Shown here: piece by piece, positions 51,770 through 64,000 of the stretch
Numbering within the stretch: the stretch's first letter is position 1
How the letters are laid out: every line of letters starts with the position of its first letter
From: Callorhinchus milii
Taxonomy: Eukaryota
Length of the DNA stretch: 64,000 nucleotides
Assembly (NCBI RefSeq): GCF_018977255.1
Contig: NW_024704743.1
Location: 27,902,001 to 27,966,000 of the forward strand
Reading direction: 5' to 3'
Translations under genes and position numbers: made by a program
Notes under the pieces: generated by a model
Seen by the model: the letters and a program-made list of their open reading frames with translations, nothing else
Database searches by the model: none
Told to the model about the DNA's origin: nothing

Positions 51770-52340
51770 TCTGGAATACTGCGTTCAGTTTTGAGCACCG
51801 CACCTCAGGAAAGATAATAGTGCCTCTGGATGGGTTGCAGTGCAGATTAAACAGAATGATATCAAGGCTGAAATTATGAGGACAGTTTGCATTCCCTTGA
51901 ATTTAGAAGGTTGAGGGGCGATCTAATTGAGGTTTTTAAAATAATAAAGGGATTTGATAGGGTAGAGACAGAGAAATTCTGTATTTCCTCAGGTGGGGGA
52001 ATCCAGAACAAGAGAACATAATCTTAAAATTAGAGCTAGGCCATTTGGAGTGAAATCAGGAGGCAGTTTTTCACCCAAAAGGTAGTGGAAATCTGGAACT
52101 CTCTTCCCCCAAAAGGCTGTGGATGCTGGATCCATTCAAACACTTAAGACTGAGGTGGACAGATATTTGTTAGGTTAGGGTATTAAAGGATATGGGGCAA
52201 TGGCAGGTAATTGGAGCTGAGGTACAGACTGATCTGAACCTGATCTTATAAAATATAATATAATATAACATAATTATAATATAATTATAAAATGGCAGAA
52301 CAGGCTCGAGGGGCTGAATGGCCTACTCCTGTTTCTCTGT
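51770..52340 (+). mobile_element. CR1 LINE 3' fragment
   Basis: HLEYCVQF..LEFRRLRGDLIEVFK..FFTQKVVEIWNSL. Confidence 0.9.
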
Positions 52341-55300
52341 TTTTAAAGTCCTGTGAATTGCTTCGAGATGTCCTTTTGATGTGAAGGGCACTACATCAAT
52401 TGAAAGTATTATTATGATATGATGCCCAAAGCCTCCCCTCTGAAGATCTCAATCTACAAGCAGGATCAGCCTGTCTCCAGAAATTTAGCATTCCAATGCA
52501 GACTGTTCCAAGCACTATCCGTGTAAAGGGAGTTATATAAATCCAAGGTGGTGGTGTTGATGTATTGTAGATTTCTTTGCTTGCCATGAATCCAAGATGG
52601 TAATTATTTTATTTTTTAAAAAACTCTCCCATTTGTCCCAAAGCTATGGGGGTTACTAAGATCTGAAAACAATCGATTATTTATTAACTGAAAGTTTGTC
52701 CCTTCATAACAGATTCAATATGATAAAGAAGGAAATTAATTGACTTCAGTTTTCCCCCCACTCCACATCAGCAAGGCTGAGATCAGCAGCATAGAGTAGG
52801 TCTCCCTTCCTAAACTAAGCTGCTCAAACACACTTCTTTTAATGCCCTTTCCTTTCTTCACACACTTGTAAATGTTCCCCAGAGCAGCACAATGATAAGT
52901 CTTAAGTTATTCCCCTTCCTTTGTCACAAAATATTCTGCTGTTGTGAGCTAATTAAGTTTGGGGTCTAGACCCAACAAAACTCATCCCACCCACACTGAC
53001 CCACACCTTGGTGAAAAGCAGCTTTGCCATTTAAATCTCCAATTTCCTCCTTGCTCCCCGCTCCCCACCCAGACAGCCTTCTCCTCGTACATAGAAGGGC
53101 TTCCACCAGTGATGCGCTGAATTGATTAAATGGACCTGATACTGACAGGTATGTCATAGGGCACACAGCAGCTAAATCTAACCTGGGCTTTCTGCTGCAC
53201 TGACAGCTGCTTTCAATCGTGATCCCTATAAAAATTCCTGCAGCGATGGTACATAGTAGATAAGCCAGTGATCCATTGCAAGACTTATGAGAAAAACATG
53301 CTCTGTCTTGTATTCGGAATCTATAACGCAGCACAAATGTAGCAATATTCAAAAGATTTAAATGCAGAGAAGGACAGAAGTGAAAGGAAAACTGGATAAA
53401 GAAGTTATCCCATTCAGTGACAAGTGCTGGCACTTGGATATTAGATCCAGGGTTGGTACTGGCACTGCAGGTCAGACTGGTTTGTTTGTGCCCATGTTAT
53501 TTTAAAAAAAACAGGAGTTTTTAGTTTCAACATTGCAATTTGTGAAATAAACTGGGTGTTCATGACCCTTCTATCCCATGTATCAGGCCACATCCAGAAT
53601 AATGAAACTCTGTAGTCAGCATGCCCTTTGATATAATTCAGAATCATAAATACCTGGTACGCAGAGGAGTTTAAAATGATTCATACTTTAGAGTGCCTCA
53701 TGGCCCCTGCCCTATCTATCCCACATTTGGCATATGGGCTTTCAGCATTCTGCCTCTGCTCTCTGCAACTCTATCCCTGACCCTTCCGTCTTGTTACCTC
53801 CCTCCCATCATTCAAAGCATGACTCGAAACGTACCTCTTTGTCCCCGCTTTCAGTCATCGTTTCCCCCTCGGCTTCCATCCTCGATGATATCAAGATAAA
53901 TGTTATCGTTTTCAAAGTGTAATTTTGTAGGGATAAGGGTTTCCTTATATATCATAGGCTCCCATTATTCTCTGAATAAAGTACTCCTTGATTAAAGCAT
54001 TCTGTTAGAGGTAGTCACATATTAGTCCCTGTAATCGCAATGCAAAGAGTAATTACTTCATAGTCTTCATTTGCAAATGGAAATCTCACTATAAAAATAT
54101 TACCAAAAGATAGTTGGTGTTAGCAATTGGCACATGATAGATCCAAGCCTCTTCCAACACTAGTGTTTGCTTTCTTCCCTCTTCATTATCAAATGCAAGT
54201 ATTATTATCACCGTCTCTCCTCGACGGTTTCCTCTCCTTGCTTTTTTGTCCCTTTCATGCTGGCGTCTTCTGTGCCAAATTTCAGAATTGTGACTGAAAG
54301 GTGAACTATTTTTATGTGGAGGTTTTATTAAAGCCTGAGAATATTTGAGACCGTAATATCCCAACGGGAGTTGGAATAGGTATTTGAAAAGAAGTAAGAC
54401 AAAAGATTACAGGGAAAGAGCAGGACATTGGGATTAGATCTTATACTGTAGCTCTAATGGAGCAGCTCATCCAAGAATAGGCTGGTTGATTTGAAATGCA
54501 TTCTTCTTATGCTGTAATTGCTGCGAGTCTGTGGTTCTCTGATCCTTTCTCCCTGTGTCTACCCTTTCTCTCTCCCTGGCTGTGAGGGTCAGCTAGAGTC
54601 CATAGCATCGTCTAGGGAGATTGGGTTTGATGAGTTAAATGAAATGAAATTCTTTCCCAAAGCGCTGTCACTTTCAGGAAATAATCTTCCTGTGCTTAAA
54701 TTGCCTTTTAACCCCGGATTTTGATTTGTATGATCTAATCAACAGTCAAAGCGTGGTTTTAAAGTTTTTTTTCTTTCCTCCCCCTCCCCCATTGTATTTC
54801 AATGAGTGCTCTTAATGGTAAGTCCCAAAGGGCTATTTAATATCACAAGAGCTTTAATTGTGCCTGACCTGCTGTAATTCAGAATTTGTGGAAAGTATCC
54901 ATTTTCTGACTCCATCTGGGCCAATTTCGGGTCAATTTCATGCAACTGAATGGAAGTCAGTGCTCCTGAACCGATTCAGTGGCGCGGTTGTCAAAACGAT
55001 AAAATATAACCTTTGACTTAAGCAGCTTCAGTTTCCGCCAGACTTTGCAATGTGGTTTACACTGAAGGTAAAAAAGAAGTCAGTCAAGTAGTACGGGTTA
55101 AATAACTTCTGAAGTCAGTCGTCAGAATAAGATAGGAGCCCTCGAATTCTAACTAGTTTTTTTGCCAGTAACACCATTACATCTCAAAATTGCCCACAAT
55201 TGAGGAATATTCTTCATTTAAGTCTTAATTTGGAAGCCAGTCTTTGTAAGAAATGGAGAAAAACAGCTTCCAAATTAAGATTGAATTGAAGACATTTCAA

Positions 55301-57444
55301 TCATTCAACGGTGATCTGATGATCTGGAAGTCAGGCTGTGTTTTATTGTGGGAATCTTGCTTTTTGCATGCAAGGCGGCTGGTGCATAGGTGCAGTAAAA
55401 TTACCTATTACCTATTGTGCCCTTCTTATATAGTGGGTTGTTTCATTTTTGGTCAGGTTGGTGTCTGACACGTGCACAAACCCATCACCATGCTTAAAGA
55501 GTATCAAACCAAATAGAGAATTGCATGTATTCCATCTCCACATGGATGTTCCCGTGATTGAAATGAAATCACACTCCCAAAGGGATATAACCATGCTTAC
55601 CGATTTCCATTTAGTGCTGGGCACAGGTTGGTAAGAGCCAAGATTGGCTGAAAGACTGTACTAAACAGAAGCTCTTACTGTATCCTGACTGTATGATTCT
55701 CAGTGGAAAGGGAACGCTGTACTTAAACGCTTTAAACGGGGCCAGTGTACGTCATATATAGCTTCCATATTGTTCAGTCCGGTCTATAAAAGGTGCAAGA
55801 AAGTAATGGAATCTGAAATTTTCAATAGAAGTTCAAAAGTACTTGGGGGAGACACAGACTGAAGAGAACTTTTATAGTTGACAGGTCCTGCACTGGAAGG
55901 CGTTATATCTGTCCTTCAGACATTTGTCCCGAGATCTGGTTTGTGCTAGACTTTATTTTACTGCTGTCTTAATTGAAGACGATCCACATTTAATATATTT
56001 TTTAAATCATCACTTCAGATCGCGAATTAGCCCAGAAGGTTATGTTTGGAACAGATCTCGAGGGGATCCAGAAGTATTTGCCTTGTCGTATTTCTTTATA
56101 AAAGAAAGGTAATCTGGGAAATTAAAACAACCTCTCGTACCATGGGGTTTATTTACCTTCAGATTTAGTCTCTTTCATCTCCAATGGAGAGTGTCTGCTG
56201 CTGATACTTGCTCAGAGCAATGGAACTGAGCTGCACCTGACTAGCCATAACAACTGGAGTGTTGCCTTCCTGGATCTGCCACTTCCCAGTGTAAAGGAGT
56301 GACAATTAGTCAACACAAGACTTGAATCTTATTGCTTTTTTTTAATAAAAGTGTTATTTCTAGTCTTTCTTACAAGACTGAAGTGACCAGACTTTTGTTA
56401 AGTTCCACCTTTCCACCTCGATGAATTATAGCCGTACTTCTTTTGCTATCTGACTGGGCTATTGCGGTGAAAACTTAAATCGGAAGCGGGGATTTATGGA
56501 ATGCAAAATTCTTTTTGCCCTGAGGCAGCAATGAAATAACATTATGGGATATAGTACATACGTAGTTTGGGATATATGTGTATGCAACCACCAGGAAGGT
56601 GGAAGTCAAACTAGATGGACCTTGGTCTTTTTTTTGTCTAGCATTTCTTATGTTCTTATAAACCATACTTATGAACTATACTCCAATACATCTGTATCGA
56701 GGGCCTGTGTTATTAAAACAAACATATTTCTCGGGAACCTTGCATATTCTCCCAATTACAGGCCTAGCAATATTGCTATTGCTTAGCAATATCTGCAAAT
56801 TAGCTTCCAGTTTCAGGTAGTATTTGTTTACTTGAAGCAAATTAACCAGAAGATTGTGGCCACCTTTACAAATCTTGAAGGCCTGAACATGAAATTATTA
56901 TGTGCTGACATGGAGCCGCATGATTTAATAGAACATACCTCAGGTGTGACCAACCTTTTGAGTCTTAATAACACAATGGACGTGAACCAATAGAACAAGT
57001 TAAATTGAATCACTTGTCAATTTGTTGTCAAGGTACAGCTCTGTCAACTTGGCTTCGTAACAGGGCACAGTGATCTGGGTCACTCTTGGGCAAATGGCTC
57101 CTATGATGTCATAGTTTCCACGGTTATCTCAGGTCACACACTGTAAATCACTGCCAAATCATCCTCATGATATATATATATATAGCTAAGTTTGGCCATA
57201 ACTGTCAGGAAAACAGACTCATTTTAGGTTAAAACCAAAGCGCATATACAACGTTGAGGTAAACATTACCACCTGTATGTGTTGAGTGTTGATTATGAGA
57301 AAAGATGACAATCACATTGTTGATAAATGTAGTCAACAAGGGCAGTCAATAACCAGACTGTTATTCCAATCACTGAGACTTCATTACTCACACTTCGTGG
57401 GACATTGCTGTGCACAAATTGACTACTGTGTTTAAGCAACATCT

Positions 57445-57748
57445 GAAGTCCTGTAGCTCAGTGGTTAGAGCAGTCGCCTCGCAAGCAAGAGACCTGGGTT
57501 TGATTCCCGGCAGGTCGAAACCTTGGGTAAGTTTCCTTACTTGACATGCCTGATAATAATCCCTCAAGGAAAACAAAATAATAAATTGGTCACTTCAATC
57601 CACGACTGTTTGTGGAACACTGCTGTGTGCAATTGGCTGCCGCGTTTCGCCCACAAAAATACAGTCAATTCACTTTACGGTATATTGTTGAAGCACTTTG
57701 AGACAAAGCACTTCAGATGCAAGGATTATATCAAATGCAAGGATTATA
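57445..57748 (+). mobile_element. tRNA-derived SINE (short form), directly upstream of another copy
   Basis: Same head, core and tail as 57751-58061. Confidence 0.9.
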
Positions 57749-57750
57749 GT

Positions 57751-58061
57751 GGAGTCCTGTAGTTCAGTGGTTAGAGCACTCGCTTTGCAAGCGAGAGACC
57801 TGAGTTCAATTCCAGGCAGAGGGCGAAACCTTGGGCAAGTTTCCTTACTCCACACGCCTAATAATAATTCCTCTAAAAACAATAATAAATTGGTCGTTTT
57901 CAATCCATGACTGTTTGTGGGACATTGCTGTGCGCAATTGGCTGCCGCGTTCGCCCACAAATATACAGTCAATTCACTTTCCAGTGTGTTCTGTGAAGCG
58001 CTTTGGGACGTCCTCCCGATGTGAAAAGCGCTATATCAAATGCAAGGATTATTATTATTAT
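57751..58061 (+). mobile_element. tRNA-derived Deu-type SINE, full length (short form)
   Basis: A/B-box head ggagtcctgtagttcagtggttagagc..gagttcaattcc, core gtttgtgggacattgctgtgcgcaattggctgccgcg, L2-like tail and (TTA)n. Confidence 0.92.
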
Positions 58062-58999
58062 CATAATGGTTGGCCTTTAAGCCAGGTCATGGCTTTGATG
58101 TGCTGGGTTCGGGGATAGTGGCTTAACTTAACGACATCATGAGAGATAACAGTTCAACCTAAGGCAAGTCCAATAAATTCAACCCAATCAGGTGTGGGTG
58201 GAGGTGGCAGGGATGAGAGAAGCCAATAAATAGGGTGATTGCAAAGACATTGTTTTTTTTGACTCTTCATAAAGAGATTGTGGACTTACTGGGAAAGAGA
58301 TATCTAACAAAAACATAATTGGAGTCCTATTAAAAGTAAAGATCTGAAAAGGATCGAATAATTTACCTGGAGAAGTGCAGTGCCGACTGGTAGCAAGAGT
58401 TTACACTGCAATTAATTAAGGAATACTGCAACATTTACCTGAATATTCTTAGAAACAGGCAGCATAACAAAAAGTATTTGGTAACTTTTAAGTAATTTAA
58501 AAAGCCCACCATACTGTTTGCGTTTCTTGTATAAAATGTAACTTTTTTTTAGAATTTGATTAGAAGTTGCTGTAAAATCCATCAACATTGGTATAGCTCA
58601 GAAGCTGCAGTCCAAACCATAAGATGATTTCATAAACCACAAAAGCTTAACCCAATATATGTTTCTTCCTTCTAACATGCTCCAAAGAGCACCCAAAGAG
58701 CATACCACCAAATTTGCAATTGGTCATAACATAGATAATATATGACAGTGTATATATATAAATACTTATTTATAACCCAAATTTGTTCTCCTCTTCTCAA
58801 GGTCCTAATGCTGACTTTACTCCATGGGTCCTGATCACCCTCCAGTACATTGTCCAAGTGCAGCTTCATACTTGAGTCTAGTCAATGAAATCAGCTTTGA
58901 TTATTTGCCTGTCGGTTATTTCAAACAAAAAAACCAATCCTGTCTTTACCCAACGCTCCACGTGTGCACGTTTAGCAAGGAGGACACTAGATAAGATTT

Positions 59000-59260
59000 G
59001 ACAACAACAATTTACATTTATGTAGCACATTTCACATAGAGAGGATGTCTCAAAGTGTTTTGCACAACTGACTGGAAGCCCAAGAAGATAGGGGTGGGGG
59101 AGGGGTGATGGTGTGGCGTATTCAGGTGTGGGAGAAGAAACTAGGATCAGAGTTTTGGTTGATCTGCAGCTTGCGTAGGGAGAAGCTGGGAAGTCTGGTG
59201 AGCTGAGTATATGAGTAACCAAGCCTGGAGATGACAAAAGAGTGGATTGAGTGTCTCAGT
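59000..59260 (-). mobile_element. L2 LINE fragment
   Basis: IHSFVISRLGYS..KLQINQN plus L2 tail. Confidence 0.7.
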
Positions 59261-59599
59261 GAATTTGGGAGGTAATGATTTAATTCAATATTCCATTCTT
59301 CCACTGGCCTCACTAAGATTAGATAATCAGTAGTGATTGAGGATTAAATTTAGGACTTGAAAGTTAGGTATGACTCAGTTTCACTCTGAACAAAATCTTT
59401 GGTAACTAAGCCAAGAAGGAAGGAATTGTATATAAACACTTAACATTACTTATCCTATTATTAAAAATAATAATAAATAATCCTTCCATTTGATGTAGCA
59501 TTTTTCATGTCAGGAGAACATTTCAAAGCACTTCACAGGATTTACTGTAAAGTGGAATGACTGTATTTTGAAGGCAAACTAGCTATGAATTAGCTGGTT

Positions 59600-59870
59600 C
59601 GACACCAGCAGTACCCCAGCGCACACTCTGGGGTCTCCAAGCCGTGGCTCTTGCCAACCTGTGCCTAATACTTTCCAGAATTAGGGAAGCAGGATGTGTC
59701 TCTCCAGGGAGAGTGTGCATTCCATTCCAACAATCTATTTCTGGGATTTCCATGTGTCGGTGGGATGCATGGAAATCTCAGCTTGGTTTGGAAATTCTTA
59801 AGCATGGTGATTAGTTTCCACATGTGTCAGACATGCAGCTGATTTAAAAAAAAGACCGACACTTTGGTCA
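59600..59870. repeat. Unclassified dispersed repeat; other copies ~540-610 + 1115-1275, 30930-31000, 33350-33560 and 55460-55640 (opposite strand)
   Basis: Shared blocks cttgccaacctgtgcctaatac, gatttccatgtgt and ggtttggatactcttaagcat. Confidence 0.8.
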
Positions 59871-60439
59871 AATTGCGTGACTTGTACAGATGTGAATTAA
59901 CACCATGTGGTTCGAGCAGTTGTGATATTGGGATTTATTTCCCCGTATGTTTCAATGAGCTCTTGCTGTTTAGTACAGAAAATCCAGCTCATTGAATCTG
60001 TTTATTGCAGCCATGATGCATGTTTCCTACATGCAAACAGACATTGACATTTCCATTTGTTTGCATGCCCTTCAGACAATGTACCAATTGTAAAAGGATT
60101 TGGATTTTCACATGCTATGCATAAACCACAAGAGCTATGTAAATAATTTGTATACACCATTTAAAAAATGCACCTGCCCTGCGGGTATCTTATAAACACA
60201 GAGCAACAAAACACACTGGAGTTGGCTAGTGACAGTTCTATTGAACCACTTTGTCCAGCCAATTTGGGAGAAGTAAATATATTTAATCCTTTGTGCCCTT
60301 TTCATTACAGAAAAAATACTGTTTACACTAAATGACAAACTTTCATCTATGTAGATTAATAACTTTTATAACTCAACCCCCCCCCCCATATAAATACATA
60401 GAGTTTGTGAATATATCGTGCCTGTATCATGTGCTTGTC

Positions 60440-60830
60440 TATACAAAAGAGTCACAGATAGGTATCTTGATAGATGGACAAAGATAAATAGTGAGGAAAG
60501 ATACAAACATATAGGTAACAGATTGGAGGTCAAATGGAAAAAGGCAGGCAAAGATATAGGTTGGAAGAAAAGTCAGTCAAAGATAGGAAATTGAACAGAC
60601 AGTTAACAAAATTGGACAAGTAAGGTATTGACAAAATAAGAGAAGGGGAGAGAGAGAGAGGTTTAAAGATATAGAGACACATATGGAGAGAAAGAGGAGA
60701 AATAGTTAATTAAGTGAAAAAGCTAGTGAGGTAGCTAAAGAAATGGAGAAATAAGTAGAGAGTGATATGGCTAGATAAAGATAAAGAGAGCTAATAGATA
60801 GAAAGAGATGTAGAGGCGTAGATTTATGTT
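60440..60830 (+). repeat. A/G-rich low-complexity tract (degenerate AGAT/AG microsatellite)
   Basis: Purine-rich runs gataga/gagaga. Confidence 0.7.
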
Positions 60831-62324
60831 CTGTGGATGAACAACTCCTTCAAACAATGTACCAATTGTAAAATGATTGGATTTTATATGTCCTTTGTAC
60901 AAGCTCACTCAATTCTCTCTAGGATACTAAAATCCGTGCATCATTTATCTTACATTGCAGGGGTAGAAAATGTTGTGGAACTAGGACTATTAAATGGGCA
61001 TCTGGGGAATGCTGTTCCTTTAAGTGCCCAGTTATAAATTAAAACTGTCTCTCCTGTGCCTGTTTTGCTGTCACTCAGGAATAATCACCCATTATGAAGT
61101 GACGTACCACAGGGATGTTTGGTAGGAAAGTTATAATCATAACAGTGGCATTTAATACAGCGACTGCAACATTAAAAGGTCTCAAAGTGCTTCACAGTTA
61201 ATTGCTTTCAAGTGTAGTAATTGTAAGCAAAGGTCCCACATACAGTCACATAGCGAATGACTAATTTTTCTGAGGATCCCGGATAGCGGGAGGTGCACCT
61301 TTCTTGCTTTGAACAATGTGGTGGGATCTTTAATGTCCACCTAAACAAGCAGACAGGGCCTCAGTTTAACATCCCATCAGAAAGACAGCTCCCCCAGCAC
61401 TGTTTTGAAGTGTCAGCCTAGACAATGAACTCAAAGTCTCAGATGTGGGGCTTGAACCCACAAACTTCTGTTTTATTGCTAATTCCTTTTCTTTATTTCT
61501 GNAAAAAAATCGTATTTTGATTGTGACAATTCATCTTGAGCTAGGAATGGATTGTTCGTTGTCACAAATATGGCTGGCATTGACTTGTCTGTTCAGCAAC
61601 AGGACACAGATTAAGATTAACTGTAAGGATGCAGGTGTAAACAACTGGCACAATCCAGTCAAGTTTCACCCATTTTGCAGTTTGGGTTTAAAAACATTAC
61701 CTTACACTGGAAAACAAGTATTACTCCATGGGTTATTTGCTGCTTGTTGGTAAATTTGTGTGTGAGCGCATCTTATAATGGAAAACTCCCATTGAAGCGC
61801 TTTGAGACGTCTCGAAGACGTGATAAGGAGCTATATCAAATGCAAGGATTATTATTTATTGTTAACACAGACAGTTACATTTCCCAACCAGCATGAAATA
61901 ACAGCTTGATGCTGTAATGGGAGTACAGTAAGATAACTTTCTGGAAAGATGAGATCAAATAGGTTGAAGGGCCTTCTTCATCTGAAACTTTCTTGTGAAC
62001 TTGTGAACCCTTCTTAAATTTAAATAGCTTTGCAGTTGGCCTTACCCTTTCTGGATCGTAAATCTCACCCTCGACACTGACACTGACTGTGCTTGTCTGG
62101 GAAAATATAAATGCTCCCTTTGGCACGGTACTTTTTTTGTTAGTTTCTCTATCTAAAGTGGTACAACTGAAATCTGACAAAACCTGGTGCAACTCCAGCT
62201 TGTGGATAGGTCCCAGTCATTGCTGAGAGCAGATTAAACAGGGCTTCTCCGAATACACAAGTGAGAGCATTACAGAGATGCCAGTGGTAAGGCATCAGCT
62301 GAACTGAGATTCCCCTACACGTTA

Positions 62325-62682
62325 ATAAATAATATTCCTTGCGTTTGATATAGCACCTAATCATGTCTTACCTTACCAGAGTCTCAAAAGCTCTTCACAA
62401 AATATACTGTAAAGTGAATTGACTGTATATTGTGCGCAAAATGCGGCAAACAATTGTGCACAGCAGTGTCCCACAAACAGTGGTGGATTGAGTGGCCAAA
62501 TTATTGCTTTTTTTGAAGGAATTGTTACCCCCGGAAAAGCAATCTGCCAATCGACTGACAACCGGGTTCCTAGTTACTGTTTGGTAAACAGAGGCGTGCG
62601 GAGTAAGGAAACTTAGGAATCGGACCCAGGTCTCTCGCTTAGACCTGGTTAGAGTGCTCTAAGCACTGAGCTACAGGACTCC
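62325..62682 (-). mobile_element. tRNA-derived SINE (long form)
   Basis: Head ends ctacaggactcc at 62682; extra segment present. Confidence 0.88.
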
Positions 62683-63159
62683 ATGAGAAGAATACTTACC
62701 AACAGTACAATTTGCTCCAAGGTTTAATTTTCCAGTGAATTCCTGAGCGGTGATGGGACTCAGGTTTGGATTCCAACACCTGTTGAGTTCCCATTCTGAG
62801 CTGTGTTGCCGTGGGGAGTTCCTGAGTGAAGAGCAGGGAGTTCCTACCCAGGGTGTGTGTGGCATGAGTTTAAAGAACCAACTGCAGGCCTGTGCCTGCA
62901 GAGCGTGTGACTGCCCGGTTTCAATTAGAGTCACAACAACTTGCGCTTATATAGCGTCTTCCACACAGGAATCGTCTCAGAGTGCTTGAAGTTACCAAAT
63001 TATTATTTTTGAGTCAGCACAGGGAGAGTAGTAAATAAAGGCAAAAGCAATCTTTTTTTAGAGGGCTATGAGCCAAACTTTTTAAAAACTTCTGAAAACA
63101 CCACGATTCATAACGATGTTCAAAAGTTTAGCATTCTGAGTATCCATTGGATAATGGAG

Positions 63160-63418
63160 ACCTGAGAATGATTAAAGGCAGTAATCTAATTGAGAGATTT
63201 AGATTGGGTGATATATCAAATCATGGATACCTGGGAAAGATTATAAGGCAGTAATTTGATTGAGAGGTTCAGACAGGTTATAAATAGAAGATAGATGCCT
63301 GGAAGTGATTATAAGTCAGTAATCTAATTGAGAGGTTCAGATGGTTTTGATATATATAATAATAAAGTATAACTGGGAGTGATTACAGGGCAGTAATATG
63401 ATCGAGAAGTTCAGATGA
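63160..63418 (+). repeat. ~68-bp degenerate tandem repeat, 4 copies
   Basis: Recurrent core gattataaggcagtaatctaattgagaggttcaga. Confidence 0.85.
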
Positions 63419-64000
63419 TGTCACGATCATCTATATGAATGACATCTGATGCTGACTAAACCTTGCGATGACCTCACAGCCTCACACAGTCCTCTTGTAT
63501 CTATTCTTGAAATCCATGCGGTAAAGGTGCTAAAGTGGGACAGCAGAGAGGAGGTTCCCTTTGTTTTTGTTATTTGCTATTGTGGGATTAACCTGTGCGT
63601 GCATAATTAGAGCATTTGGCATTGTCAATGTGTGATGAAGGGAATGATTATGGAGAGAGATCATCAGTTTATCATGTGATAACCAACATGTGACTGACCG
63701 CATGGAAATACAGAATGCATACAACTCACTGTCACATTTTAATATTGTCTCCTGTTTTATACCAGAGTGACCAGATTATACAAACTAAATTTTGACTTTG
63801 TACTTTGGAATATTTACTTGCATCTCAAAATGTTTGTGGTGGTGAAGAGTCATGTAATTTGGCTCTTATGTAATTCTCCTCTGCCCACGTTATCCCTATG
63901 TCGAGCAGAACAATATCAAAGAGCACATTTTTGCAATGTCCCTTTTCCCATCACAGTGGCTGCAATATTTTTTACAAAGTCACAATATAGCAAACAAATA

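Noticed and set aside
61502..61502. Single N base
   Set aside because: Assembly ambiguity with no biological meaning.
1..64000. FHOD3 exon 3 (..LSVRVHACI) and exon 6 (ALGQIMLYVDGM..)
   Set aside because: Not found by eye; presumably outside the window because the flanking introns are long.

Overview
This is eukaryotic (vertebrate) genomic DNA. The repeats are tRNA-headed Deu-type SINEs with L2 tails, L2 and CR1 LINEs and SacSINE1-like elements, which points to a cartilaginous fish, probably a holocephalan (inference). On the + strand lie two internal coding exons of the formin gene FHOD3 (42375-42442 and 48824-48929), and the rest of the window is FHOD3 intron. On the - strand, largely missed by the ORF track because of stops and frameshifts, about 23 exon-like segments run from about 44.6 kb to about 1.3 kb. 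Their translations follow the domain order of an axonemal-type dynein heavy chain: N-terminal tail, linker, AAA1-AAA4, stalk/MTBD, AAA5, AAA6 and C-terminal domain. No Walker A motif is recognisable, and some exons carry stops, frameshifts or TE insertions. I read this as a nearly complete, highly divergent dynein-heavy-chain-like (DNAH6/DNAH14/DNHD1-type) unitary pseudogene, antisense to and interleaved with FHOD3. The dynein call rests on by-eye comparison with remembered consensus motifs and on collinearity, so it needs an HMM or tblastn check. Pseudo-exon and repeat boundaries are approximate unless a splice site is quoted.
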